Below are positions 38,456 through 51,496 of a DNA stretch of 64,000 bases, one piece after another; the first letter of the stretch is position 1; every line of letters starts with the position of its first letter. The notes beneath the pieces were generated by a model. That model was given only the letters and a program-made list of their open reading frames with translations, had not been told where the DNA came from and did no database searches. Source of the DNA: Callorhinchus milii (lineage: Eukaryota); NCBI RefSeq assembly GCF_018977255.1, contig NW_024704743.1, positions 40,364,001 through 40,428,000 on the forward strand, given 5' to 3'. A program made the translations under genes and the position numbers.

Positions 38456-40004
38456 AAAATAATCATAAATTATTTTGCATAAATAATAATAATAAATAAA
38501 TTAATAAATTATTATTATTTATCCAAACTCTTTTGCTGATTGAAAATAGTTATATGGTACATTTACAAAGAGCAAAAATGATTCAGAGTAAATTTAATCT
38601 ATGTATAATTAATAAGAAAAACAACCTTTTTTAATGTGTTATTCAATGCAATAAATGGATGTGCTTCCAAATGACTTTGTTTTGCACTTCAAAGTGAACT
38701 GATTCCACTCGGTGCACCTCGATTGATTGACTCCTCTGACATATAGATAATCATGCATCTCACTCATAGTGCTGGGATTGCCAGTTGTACACGGTGTCAT
38801 CTTAAGCCAGACCCCGAATGTAACATCATTTGTCATTCACATCCCTTGTCACAAAAACAGTTCAGCGTAGAAATCATAATAAACACCTGCTCCTTCTTTG
38901 TGCAATGCTTTCTGTAAAAAAAAATGCCAAGATGATAAATCATTTGCAGTTTGAAGAAAGTGTTTTCTCCCCAAATCTTCTTTTCTGATGATAAATTTGT
39001 TATGAATGATGACTGTTTTGCCAGTAGGAAATTGGTATTTTCTCTGTGTTTCCAGCTGCAGTTGTTATTTACTGACAGGCTTCAGACTCTGACCTTTGAC
39101 TCAGTGTTCAACTGTGCTATGAGCTTCAATAGGCAGTGATTCAGTACATCCCTATCCCTGTACACTCATGAATATATTTCAAATCATTTGTTTTGAACTA
39201 TCTATGCCACAAAAGTTGGAACAAGTATACTGGAATGTTTTCTTTGGCAAACATCACCTGCTTCTTTTTTCCTGAGTGGCTCTTGTTATTTGCAACTGAA
39301 TCTAATCAGAAATGTCAAACCGCTGTCTCTTTACACAGAGCGGAGAAAAATAATTTGGTGCACTAACTTTTCCATTTAATTGCTTACATAAATGACATAA
39401 TTGTTTTCTTGAAGGGACAGAATAATCCGTTTGTAAGTAACAATATTGCGTGTTATAACAAAAGGTGAATTGCATTGCTTGTTCTCTGTGATCCTGAAGG
39501 ACTTGTTATTATAAAGCAGTCCGTTCTTACGCTTCAAAAATAAAACACATATTGAATCTTACAAATGACACCATTACTTAATATTTCTAGTTAGTTAACC
39601 TTAAGGAAGTCTTGTGCTTCAATTTCCACGATGTGTGGAAATATCCTTTTTGTTGATATTTGATTTTGAAGTGTCTTCTTATAAGCTACTGAACACTTTC
39701 ATTATCAAATTGCTGTCCAGACTTCTAAAAGGAAGTAGCCAATTTAAAATTAAGTTTTGCTGAGGGTACTTTATTAAATATTAGAGCTATTTTAAAAGAA
39801 AAATACTGTGGGTGTATATGTGTGTATGATCTTAGACTGTGAGATTCATATGCACCTCACCAATTTCCATTGACTCCTTTTACTCACTGAGGTATAATTC
39901 CATTGTTGAATGTCCATTATTAATTATTACCAGTGCATATCAACACGCTGTTTAGTTCATGGATGCACCAGATAATGTACATATCCAGTGTCCACATATT
40001 AATT

Positions 40005-40282
40005 GTTGCATTTGATATGTTGCCTATCACATCATTGAGATGTCTCAAAGTGTATCACAGGATATAATGTGAAGTGGAGTCACTGTGTTTATTGTGGGCG
40101 AAACACGGCAACCATTTGTGCACAGCATTGTCCCTCAAACAGCCATTGAGTGAATGATTAATTTAATTTGGGTAATTGTTAGCTCGGACACTTGGAAACT
40201 CCCTTCTCTTTTTAAACAGTGCCATGGGTTTCTAACATCCACCTGAACAGGCAGATGGAACTGTTTAACATCTCATCTGAAG
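40005..40282 (-). mobile_element. Old Deu-domain SINE, 3' part
   Basis: Tail, Deu core and TTTAACATCTCATCTGAA. Confidence 0.65.
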
Positions 40283-40621
40283 CACGTTCAGCTTTCAGCT
40301 CCCACTCCCAGCCTGGGACTGCGAAGTGATATCAGACATCCTCCTGATGTATAAGGCACAATATAAATGTAAATTGTACTGTAATTTGTACTGTAATAAA
40401 GAGAAATGTGAAATGCGGCATTTGGGAAGCAAAATGGGAGTCCATGCACTCTGTGATTGGGGAGTTGAGAACTATTTACTTGTTACTTATAGTTGATAAA
40501 GTATGCAACAGTAATAAACAAAACAATCAGAACAACTGGGTATATTGCCAAATTAGATGAGATTATATTCTTCAATTTGGGATTGCCAAAGCTCTTGCCA
40601 ACCTGTGATTAAACTTTCTGG

Positions 40622-40783
40622 AAACAGGTAAGTAGGGTGTGTCCCTCCAAGGAGGGACATTTCATTCCAGATACAGGAACATTTTTTTAAAAACTGAGAC
40701 AGTCTGCAGTATGGCTTGCAGTATGGTGACTCTTAATCATGTTTCTAGGTTTCCCTATGTGTCAGACTCCTCGCTGACCAAAA
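40622..40783 (+). mobile_element. Unclassified short dispersed repeat (putative MITE)
   Basis: AGGTAAGTAGGGTGTGTCCCTCCAAGG at the start and TATGTGTCAGACTCC near the end. Confidence 0.45.
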
Positions 40784-41312
40784 CAATAGGTGGTAAATTT
40801 TGAATTGTACGTGCAATACTATGTAGAATTTTAGATTATCAAAGACAATTTTGGAAAAAAAATTATGTTTTGAAGGTTGGTAAAATCTAGTTTGTGGCTG
40901 GCAATTTACTTTCTAACTTTTGTCAGAATTTTTGGTGCTTTTCACTTAAAAGAAGCTAACAACAGTGAATTGTTTTCCAATTCCTAAACACATGCTCTTG
41001 TGCCTCCTTATTTTGCTTCATTGTATTTATCTCCACTGGAGTCATTAACTAAAGGAAATGTAGCTGCAATCCTGACTCCTGGTTTTGAGTTGGGGCTGGA
41101 TTTTTGGTTTGTGGGCCACAAACTTTCATTGGGGACTTTGGAATCACTTTTATCCAAAAAATCATCCCAAAATGTAGTTATAATAATCCTTGATATGCAC
41201 CTTATCACATCAATGAACTGTCTGAAAGTGCTTCACAGAATGTTTACAGTAAAGTGTAGTGAATGTGCATTTGCAGGGAAATGCTGCAGCTAATTTGCAC
41301 ATAACATTGTGC

Positions 41313-42130
41313 TCTCCTGATTGACTCCCGTCAGCGCCTCCACACCTCAGGCGCTGACAGCATCACCATCTTTGGATGCAGACTCCACCTTGCTAAGCCA
41401 GTCTGGAACGTTGGCATTTTGTTTGACCCTCGACTATCCTTTCTACCGCATATCCATGCCGTGACCTGCTCTGTCTTTCCCCACCTCTGCAACATTGTCC
41501 AGCTCTGCCACTGTCACTGCCAAATCCCTCATACATCCATTCATAACATCCAGGCTTGACAATGCAAACTCCTTGCTTGTCAGCCTCTAAAACTTTTCCT
41601 TCCAGAGGCTGCAGATCATCCAGAACTCTGCAGCTTGTGTCTTCTCCTGCACTGGGCTGTGTGTATCTATCACCTTCATCCTCGCCCAACTCCACTGGCT
41701 TCCCATTACACAGAGGATACAGTTCAAGATCCTGGTCCTCACCTTCAAAGCCCTCCATGCACCCTCCCTCTCCGACCTCCTAAACACCTACCAATATGCC
41801 CACTCCCTCCGCTCAGCGGTCTCCAACCTGCTTCACGTCCCCCACCTCACCCACCCCACCATTAGTGGGCTGGCCTTCAGCCACTCTACCCTGAACTTTT
41901 GGAACTCCGTCCCACAGTCCCTCTGCCTCGCCCCTCCCTTGCCTCCTTCAAGACCCATCTCAAGACCCTTCTCTTTGACCGTGCTTTCAATCACCCTCCT
42001 TCCCCGCCGCCCTCCACCCTCCCCGATCCCAATCCCCAGTTCGGGTCTGAAACACTGACTTACCAGCACCTAGGGATGTCCTCCCGATGGGAAAGACACT
42101 ACACAAATGTAATTTTATTGTTGTTGTTGT
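41313..42130 (+). mobile_element. L2 LINE 3' fragment
   Basis: L2 C-terminal motifs including FKTHLKTLLF; (TTG)n tail. Confidence 0.9.
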
Positions 42131-42156
42131 GCAAAGAGCTTTGAATTTAATTCATT

Positions 42157-42263
42157 AATGGGAGTTAAGAGAAATTTGATAGTGAATCATGCAGTTTTAG
42201 GCTCAAAGCATGTGTGGCATAGATTGCATTGATTTACAGTTGCGAATGACACATCATCCACAA
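42157..42263 (+). repeat. 107-bp direct repeat, left copy
   Basis: Ungapped match to 43484-43590 with about 17 mismatches. Confidence 0.9.
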
Positions 42264-43483
42264 CAAAGAATTATATTTGTATAGCGCCTTTCATGTCGGA
42301 AGGGTTGGGATCAGGACGGGTGGAAGGCAGAGAGGGCAGGGGTAGAAAGGTGACCAAAGATGTAGCCAAAGAGGAGGATCTTGAGACAGGCAAGGAAGGA
42401 AGTGAAGGAATTGTGGGTTGGGGCAGAAATGCTGAAGACCAGACCATCGATGGTGGGGTGGGCAGATAGAGGAATGTGGAATAGACCAGAGTCTGCTGAG
42501 TGGAGGGAGCGGTCAGGTTGTATGGAGATAGCAGGTCACAGAATTAGGGAGGAACCAAGCCGTGGATGGCTTTGGACATGAGGACGAGGATTTTGAATTA
42601 TCATCTGGGGGAAAGGGAGCGAGTAGAGGCAGGTGAGGTTGGGGGCAATAGTGTCATGGAGCCTGGTGTGGGAGAGGTCATGAGCTGCAGAGTTCTGAAT
42701 AATCTGCAGCTTGTGGAGAGAGGTATTGGGAAGACCGACAAGGACAGAGGTAGCATAATCGAGCCTGGATGTGAAGAATGTATGTATTAGGGTCCCGATG
42801 GCCTGAGGGGAGAGGCAATGGTGGAGCCGGGCAATGTTGCAGAGGTGGGGGAATGCAGAGCAGGTCATAGCATGGATGTGGGGTAGAAAGGACATTTGAG
42901 GGTCAAACAAGATACCAATGTTCCGGATTGGTTCAATAAGGTGGAGTTTGCATCCTTGCATGGTGTTGGTGCCAGTGCCTGAGGTGTGGAGGTGTTGACA
43001 GGAGCCAATCAAAAGGGCCTTGGTCTTGTTCATGTTCAAATGAAGAAAATTACCTCTCATCTAGGACTAATGTCTAATAAACAGTACGTCAGGACCGCAG
43101 TGTTCCTGGAGTTGAGGGTGGAGGCAGAGAGATAGAGTTTGGTGCCATCCAAATAAATACATGTGGAAGTTAACTCCAAGTCTGGGGATGATGTCACCAA
43201 GCGGGAGTAGGTAAATATTGAAGAGGAGAGGACCAATGACAGAGCACTGAGGAACACTGCACGTGATGGTACAAGGGCTGGAGGAGATGCCATTCATGGA
43301 CACAAAGTGGAGATGATGGGAAAGGTAAGATATGAACCAGGAAATGGCAGATCCATGAAAATTGAGCTGAGAGGAGAGGCAGAGGAGAAGGACAGAGTGG
43401 TCGATAGTGTTGAAGACGGCAGAGAGATTAAAGAGGACAAGGAGACAGAGAGAGCCCTAGTCACACGTGAACAACATTTCGTA
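42264..43483 (-). mobile_element. L2 LINE fragment
   Basis: VPQCSVIGPLLFNIY, IRNIGILFD, RLDYATSVL, IQNSAA; tail at 42264. Confidence 0.9.
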
Positions 43484-43590
43484 AATGAGAGTTAAAATAA
43501 ATTTGATAATGAATCATGCCGTTTCATGCTCAAAGCAGATGTAGCACAGATTACATTGATTTGTAGTTGTAAATGCCACATCATCCACAA
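43484..43590 (+). repeat. 107-bp direct repeat, right copy
   Basis: Ungapped match to 42157-42263. Confidence 0.9.
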
Positions 43591-44048
43591 TATCTCCATT
43601 TAAAAAAATATTTTGAAGCATAAGTTCATTGGAAAACTAAAATTCCACCTGAGAACTCTGTACTCCATTTTGCTGGGTGTGTGGACTAAATCCCACCATT
43701 GACTAGTTTTGTGTTTACCTCTTCCTCTTAAATAAATAAATGAGAGGGCTATTTAGTGTGTTTTGGGAATAATAATTAAATCTATGTCTTATAATATGGA
43801 GGCGTTAGTTAAAAAGGTTATGAATAAATCTTCAGATTTGAAGTCATGATGCTCCTCCTTGTCCTTCCCCTATTCAGTCACCTCCACATACAACTGTTTA
43901 GTTTTGAGCTTAGTTGGTTGTCATTCTACTAATATGCAAACCTGAATATATTTCAATACTATTTACTGATTCCTCTCACTTTTTGCTCCCCTGTTTATCT
44001 TCCAGCTCTTCAGCCAGGCAGCTCCGCAGTACTTCAGGATATTGCTAA

Positions 44049-44119
44049 TGACGGAACAGTCTTCCAAGTTTTGCTAATGATATGGCTCATTAGCAAGACT
44101 TGGAAGGACAGATCAGTCA
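44049..44119. other. Hairpin with a 20-bp stem and 6-nt loop (pre-miRNA-like or MITE core)
   Basis: CTTCCAAGTTTTGCTAATGA (44061-44080) pairs with TCATTAGCAAGACTTGGAAG (44087-44106). Confidence 0.6.
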
Positions 44120-44234
44120 CTTGGGGCAGGGATTCTTCCCACTCAGTTCCTGTTAACCCTATCAGCCAAAGCCCTTATGGGTAATGTGGTCCTGTTGGAC
44201 CGGCAGCAGGAACCTTTGCTGAATACTTTCTAAA

Positions 44235-44394
44235 TTTAGATAAGGAGGTGTGTTCCTCTGGGTAGTGAATGCAAATTCCATTCCAAACAAGGGAATTTCC
44301 ATGTGCAAGTGGCATGCATAGATCTCAGTCTGGTTTGGATACTTGTAAGCATAGTAATAGATTTCTACATGTGTCAGGCACATGGTAGACAAAA
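44235..44394 (+). mobile_element. Unclassified short dispersed repeat (putative MITE)
   Basis: Collinear with 58512-58680 (ATTCCATTCCAA, ATTTCCATGTG, GGTTTGGATAC, CATGTGTCAG). Confidence 0.6.
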
Positions 44395-44941
44395 TATATA
44401 TACACTATATCCCTTGGCTAGCTGGAATAATGCAGCGGAGATATGGTCAGGAAAGGCGGAATTTGCAGCTGAATGTAATCACAATGCAGAATTTACCAGC
44501 TTTTTTCAGTGCCTATAGGTAGCTGGTACCGGCAAAACAATTGTTTGAATTTTGCAAGCAGAAGCTAGGGAATAAGGTACCTTCGACTTGTGGGATGCAA
44601 ACTAAGTTGATCTACCCGGTAATTGAAGATCAGTAATGATGGTGAGATGTTGTCACATTGTCACAGAGGTAGGCCGCAGAAATATTTTCCAAAAAATTCA
44701 ATTTCAGCCACGGTCCGGCTGTATACAATTCCCAGATACCAGGAGTCCGGTAAGCCAGGGATTTACCCTACAGTTTTCACTTTCTCATGCACAAATTCTT
44801 CCCCCTCACACAACCATTTTTGTGTCACATGCTCCATTCCATATGAATGAAAGACAATACATCAGAGGGAGGAGGGTGGGGAAAAAAAGCAAGGTCAAAA
44901 AAAAAACATGATTTGGTTAGAAGAAAGGAAACTTGTGATGA

Positions 44942-45225
44942 TAAATAACAATAATCCTTGCATTTGATATAGCACCTTATCACATCTTTCACTGTAAAGT
45001 GTAGTAACTGCGTGTTTTGTTGGTGAAACGCGGCAGCCAATAGCACCCAGCAGTGTCCCACAAACAGTGCAAATTATTGAGTGATCAAATTATTCTTTTT
45101 TGGAGGGAATATTACTCCCGGAATGTGATCTACCTATCGACTAACAACTGGTTTCCTACTTATTGCTAGGTAAGCAGAGGCATGTGTGTGGAGTAAGGAA
45201 ACTTGCTGAAGGTTTCGCCCTGCCC
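44942..45225 (-). mobile_element. tRNA-derived SINE, long subfamily, 5'-truncated
   Basis: Tail, Deu core and internal segment; ends at GGTTTCGCCCTGCC. Confidence 0.8.
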
Positions 45226-45774
45226 AGAAATGGTGTGAATGGACCATATTTGCACCCCCATCACCTCAACCCTTGCCAGGCTCCTTCGGCTCCTTGTGTC
45301 TGAATGAACATGGAAAGTCCTCACCATCACATATAAAGCCTTTCACACCCTAGAACCTCTCTGATCTGCTTGTGACCCACTCCTCTGCTCTTCGCCCTCC
45401 ATACATCTAACAAAGGTCTGCTGTGCATCCTCTGCCCACCATTGACTCCAAGACTTTATCCTACTTGAAGGGTGTTATATAAATCTTTGTTGTTGATGTG
45501 GCCATGAGGAATCGGTTGAGGCAAAACTGAGAACTGTGAAGTGATTATTAACACCTGTGTTAATTATATTAATAATAATAATTGCATTTTGGACAGAGTT
45601 TTATCATGTCGTTGAGACTTTTCAAAGCCCTGTGAGTGTATTATAATAATAAATAATAATAATCCTTGAATTTGATATAGCGCCTTATCACGTCTTCCAG
45701 ACATCTCAAAGCGCTTCACAGAATATATTTTAAGGGGAATTGACTCTATATTTTGTGGGAGAAACATTGCTCTG

Positions 45775-46005
45775 CAGGATGGTCCAGTATGCAGGGGCTC
45801 CCATTTTTGCAGTAGAAGTCAATATAAGAAAAGTGTATCCTGGGCACATGAATTTTGTGGATCTTCATTCTTTGCTTCTTGATCTGGAATTTGATGCACG
45901 GAAGAAAGGTCAATGCCAGAGACTGCAATCCCTAGCAATCCACTTCTACTGCAGAAATGTCGACATCTTCATAATAGATAAAGCAAAGATTTCTCCAAGA
46001 AGGTG
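45775..46005 (-). mobile_element. Very old non-LTR RT remnant (RTE-like)
   Basis: FIYYEDVDI...GLQSLA...IKFQIK resembles LLYADDI...LQxLL...GLxIN. Confidence 0.3.
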
Positions 46006-48258
46006 AGGGGAATTACAACTAACGCTTTGCATTATTACCAAAATAATAATCTGGTCACTCAATCCACGATTGTTTGTGGGACATTGCTGTGTGCAATTAG
46101 CTACCGCGTTTCACCCACAAAATAGTCAATTCACTTCACAGTATATTCTGTGAAGGTTAACCTGGGAACCGTATAAATTGCTGCATTATCCAAGGCTTGT
46201 TAAACATGTCAATATTTATTCATGGTCTTAGTGGCTGTAAAGCTGATACCTTTGCTCAGAGTTCTGCAGCTTTAACTGAGTATAATAGAGAATTTTGTAG
46301 TAGAGTGTGACAGATGCTCCATTTGTAACCTCTGCTGTAATAACCAAGGAGGAAAAGGGTAAACGTAAATTAGAGGAAAGGGTCATAAGTGGAGGAATCT
46401 ACACAAAGTGTTATCAAAGTGGATACAAAAAATCCTTCCTGATCTACCCGGATCCTAGCATCCTTCATCTTGTCACTGATTAATGATGGGAATATTGACA
46501 ACAGCTTCATTGGCGCAAAAGAGTCTGAATTGTGATTAAGAATGATAAGAATAAGCCTCAGGATCGATTGCATGTCTTCAAAATGCACAAATAGATCTCA
46601 AGATTTCCCTTTTGAATGTTTTGTAAATAAAGTAACATTGAACCACCAAATATTATTTCAAAGTCTTCATGTTTCTTTTCAAAGTAAGACACACAATGAG
46701 AATAACTGGAGCTAACATTTTAAAGGATCAAGATAAAAAGGAAAGTTAGTTTTTCACTTAATGAAAACTGGTGTATTTTCAACACTTTTTTCAGTCTCCT
46801 CCTTAGGTAACAAATGTCAGGCCAAATGATTCTGACATATTAGATACAATAGATGGATCAAAAAGGCACCTTTTGGGATGTGGCTGGTTGGGCTAGATGG
46901 TCCAATGGTCCGTTGCTGCATAAAGCTGTTACTATAGTATGTAACATGAAATATAATACAATTTACATTTACACTGTGACTTTCACATAGAGAGACATAG
47001 AGAAGATGTCTCAATGTGTTTAACAATGCTAGATGTGCATCTGAGCAGGGGGTGGGAGCTAAGGAAGGCTTGTGGTTAGGAGACTAGGATTATCCTTGGC
47101 TCCCAGGATGATCCATGAGTAGAAGAATGATTTGGCTGGATATTCTTAACATGTACAGTGTCCCTGTGTTCAATGTTGCTGTAATACATTTTAAGGTTAT
47201 GATATAGCATGCTTACAGTAAAGACAGAAGACAACCAGTCTTCTGTCAGGTTAGGTGCTGAATTGGAATGTTAACACCAACACCTTGTTAATCACCTGCA
47301 GAGCCCCACAGGACAACAAGCAATCTGTTGAGAGAAGAAATCCATGCCACTCATGCCAGAATCTAAATAAACCTCCAGGTTTGATCATGGAACAAATGAT
47401 GTGATGCTCTTTTATGGATGTAATCAGTAATATCGAAGGAATATCTTGTGCAATGCTTGCTGGAGTGTCAGGAACATAGCCGCATGTATAAAACTTGAGG
47501 ATTATGTTTTGCTATTTTACCCAGTTATGAAAATGTGCCCTTTTGATGAATCTCAAAAATGAGTAGCTATTTGTTTGTGATACTTCCATTATTTTCTTTA
47601 CAGGAAAATGAATAACAATAGTCATGCCTTGTTTCTTTTTAATAGTCCTCTTGATCTTTGCAAATTATGCTTTAAACTGAGAATAACAAAGGGTTTTATG
47701 TCAGTGTTGAGCTGTTTCCTGATAATAAAGATTAATTTATTTATTGTGAAAATTTTTTTGCTTTCACCACATTTCTGTTAAATTTGGTCAAATTCAAACA
47801 AATTTGCGAGTAATCAATTGGTTTCTTTGGAGTTTTCATTTTAAGCAATTTGCTCTATAGTCAACAACTTAACCAACAGATTTGGATCCAGGCAGCTCCA
47901 GAGCTCAGATAGACTAGTTTTATATCCCACTTTGTCTGAGAGAAGAACATAATTCTAGAGACACAGTGATAATATAAAATTAGCATACGTAGGATACCTA
48001 CTTAACTCAACATGAATAGACCAGATCCTGTTCCCATGGCACTATTCCAAAAAGCAATTTTATCCCAGTACTCTTGATAATAATTGTGGAGTAAAATTGT
48101 TCATATTGTTCACGGGACATTGTTGTGTGAAAATTGGCTTCCACATTCACCTTGAAATACATAGTCACTAGACTTTAAAGATGTGAAGTGCTTTTAGATG
48201 ATTCACCATTAAAAGTGTTATATTGAAAGCAAATATTATTATTATTGTTGTGAAAACT

Positions 48259-48354
48259 AAAACAGAAGTTGCTGGGAACACTCAGCAGGTCAGGCAGCAT
48301 CTATGGAGAAACAAAAGTGAGTCAATGTTTCGGGTCCACGGCCCTTTGCCAAGG
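48259..48354 (-). mobile_element. Penelope-like terminal repeat fragment with a decayed hammerhead-like motif
   Basis: Minus strand AAGGGCCGTGGACCCGAAACATTGAC...AGATGCTGCCTGACCTGCTGAGT, a motif I recall from shark PLE-derived repeats. Confidence 0.5.
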
Positions 48355-48414
48355 TGTTTTTACTTTACTGTGTACCGCTGGCTATGTATTTTGTAGGCAA
48401 ATGTGGCAACCATT

Positions 48415-48586
48415 TGGACTTCAGTTTAATGTTTCATCCAAAGGCCAACACCTACAACAATGTAACACTCAACCAGCACTCCATTGGAGCATTAGCCTAC
48501 ACTGTGAGCTCAAAGTCCCAGTGTGATGCTTGAACCCACAACCTTCTGACTCAGAAGTGAGAGTGCTGCCAACTGAACCAAACTGA
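48415..48586 (-). mobile_element. Old Deu-domain SINE head
   Basis: CTTGAACCCACAACCTTCTGACTCAGAAGTGAGAGTGCTGCCAACTGAACC. Confidence 0.7.
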
Positions 48587-49460
48587 CCCTGTTGTGGAGT
48601 GCTGTTTTGTTGGAGGTCACATCTGTCTGTGCTCAGGTGGACATAAAAGATCCATTGCACTATTCCAATAGAGAAGGGAGATACTCTTCAGTATTAGTCC
48701 TAACTAAAATACCTCCAAATAAATGTATTATTCAGGTGGTTGTTTGTGACAAATTGTTAAATAAATAGCTGCTTCATTTGCCAAATAAATCTGCGCAATT
48801 GACATTAAATATTTGTGAAGAGCTTCAAGATGGTTCAAAAGGTTGTATAAAAATGCTAGTTCTTCTTTGTTTTGAGAGAAAACAATTGAGCTTTTGATTC
48901 CATTTCAGTTAACTACAATTTTATTTCATTAGGTCAACTGTCAAATACCCAAAATAAAATTGTAAAATAATTTGCAAATGAAGGCCATGTAATTGATTTA
49001 TCAACTGAAGATACAGAGGATGATTGTCCTCTACCTAATGACAATAGGAGATGGCAGTTTTTTTTCCAGTTCGCTTATCGGGCTTCTAAAGCTCTATCTC
49101 TGATTTGTCTTGCCAGGTCTGACTGGTAACAGCTGCTGGGCATGTCAGGGCTTTGTTCAGAAGAGCAAAGATTTTATATATATATGTATCAACATAAGCA
49201 TGAAGCAGATCATTGTCTCTAAATGTATGTCAATCAAAACATGGTGTATGTTTGTCTTAAAGTCATGGGAAAGGCTAGAAATTTTCCACTGAGAACAATG
49301 AGAAAGTAATTTAAGGCTAAAAATTTCACTAAGGCTTAGGATATAAGACAACAATGCCTTAAAATTTAATATCGTGCAGAATTGTGGAAGGTTTTCAAAT
49401 TCAGTTTTAATTTCTAAGCCACTTTTCCACAGTTCGTAAAAGGAACCAACTTTCAAATTA

Positions 49461-50422
49461 CAGCAACAACAAAATTACATTTGTAAAGTGCCTTTCACGT
49501 CGGGAGGACTTCCCAAGGCGCTGAACAGTCAGGGATGACGATCTGAGTGTGGGAGGCAGGGTTGGGATGAGGGAGTGCAGAGGGGGTAGGAGGGTGCTTA
49601 AAGCCTGGTCAAAAAGGAGGGTCTTGAGTTGTGCCTTGAAGGAGGCAAAAGAGGGAGCAAGGCAAAGGGATTGTGGGATGGAGTTCCAAAGGGTGAGGGC
49701 AGAGAGGCCGCCGATAGTAGGGCAGGTTGGGGGGGGAGACCTGGAACAGGCCAGAGCCTGCTGAGTGGAGGGAATGGACAGGTTAATAGGGGGTTAGCAG
49801 ATCAGAGATGTCGGAGGGGGCAAGGCCGTGGAGGGCCTTGAAAGTGAGGACGAGGATTTTGAATTCTATTCTCTTGAGGAATGGGGAGCGAGTGGAGTGG
49901 GTGGGGTTGATGGAGTCACGGAGCCTGGTGCGGAAGAGAACACGAGCTGCAGAGTTCTGGATGATCTGCAGCTTGTGGAGGGAAGAGTTGGGGAGGCCGA
50001 CAAGGAGGGAGTTTCCGTAGTCGAGCCTTGAGGTGACAAATGCGTGTATGAAGATTTTGGTGCCTGAGGGGTGAGGCAGTGGCAGAGTCGGGCAATGTTG
50101 CAGAGGCAGGGGAAGGCAGAGCAGGTCATGGCATGGATATGGAGGAGAAAGGATAGTTGAGGGTCGAACAAGATTCCCAGGTTCCTAACTGGCTTAGTGA
50201 GGGGGAGTGCGCAACTATGTATGCTGATGCTGTTAGTGTCTGGGGTCCTGAGATGCTGACGCGAGCCAATCGGTAGGGCCTTGGCCGTGCAGACATTCAG
50301 CTGTAGAAAGTTGGCTCATCCAGGACTTGATGTCAGACAGACAGTCTGTCAGGACGTCAGTTGTCCTGGAATTGAGGGTGGAGGCCGAGAGATAAAGTTG
50401 GGTGTCATCCGCCTACATGTGA
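49461..50422 (-). mobile_element. L2 LINE fragment
   Basis: [11 protein letters not shown] motif, decayed YADD region at about 50400, (CAA)n tail. Confidence 0.9.
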
Positions 50423-51105
50423 AAGCTGAAATTAAGATTGAATTGAGTAATTTTATTTCACAATTGTGCTCAATCTAAAATTTTACAATAAAATAGTCTT
50501 CGAGGCTAAGATTTGCTGTTATTTGGGGCCTTAATATAGTGTTAAATCCACATCATATTTTATACTACTTTTACACTTTGGAATTGATAGTGATATGCCA
50601 GGAGTCTCTCTCATTTGTACCTTTTTCACCACCAGATCTGCCTTCATGGAATCATAGAATTATACAGCACAGAAGGAGGCCATTCGGCCAATCATGTCTG
50701 TGCCAGCTCTTTGAAAAGAGCCATCCAATTCAATCCCTCTGCCCTACTTTCTCCCCATAGCCCTGCAAACTTGTCCCCAAATAATGATCTACTTCTCTCT
50801 TAAAAGTTGTTATCGAATCGGCTTCCACCACCCTTTCAGGCAATGCATTCCAGATCCGAACGACTCGCTGTGTGAAAAACCTTCTCCTCACCTCCCCTCT
50901 GTTTCTTTTAACAACTATTTTAAATCAGTGTCCTTGGGTTACCAACCCACCCACCAGTGGAAAAAATGTCTCCTTGTTCACCCTAATGAATTCCTTCATA
51001 ATTTTGAAGGGATTCTGTTAAGTCTCCTCGTAACCTTCCCTTCTCCAAGGAGAATAATCCTAGCTATAACTGAAGTCCCTCATTCCTGGTACCATGCTGG
51101 TAAAT

Positions 51106-51429
51106 GTGGAGTCCTATAGCTCAGTGGTAAGAGCACTCGCCTTGCAAGCGAGACACCTGGGTTCATTTCCAGGTAGGGCGAAACCTTGGGCAAGTTTCCT
51201 TACTCCACACGCCTAATAATAATCCCTCCAAAACAAAAACAATAATAAATTGGTAATGTTCAATCTACGACTGTTTGTGGGACATTGCTGTGCGCAATTG
51301 GCTGCCGCGTTCGCCCACAAATATACAGTCAATTCACTTTACAGTGTGTTCTGTGAAGCGCTTTGGGACGTCCTCCCGACGTGAAAAGCGCTATATCAAA
51401 TGCAAGGATTATTATTATTATTATTATTA
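51106..51429 (+). mobile_element. Young tRNA-Ala-derived SINE
   Basis: Full-length, near-identical to the other young copies. Confidence 0.93.
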
Positions 51430-51496
51430 GTCTCAGCTAGGTTGATAGATCATTTTTTCTCATAGTTTAAGATCACGAAACATTGCCCACTAAGTA

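Noticed and set aside
45779..46002. Plus-strand coding exon with AG/GT boundaries
   Set aside because: It sits between SINE fragments, the peptide is unrecognised, and the minus strand resembles a decayed RT; tentative.
46420..46520. Second Gypsy remnant (LIYPDPSILHLVTD)
   Set aside because: A single short motif with no supporting neighbours.
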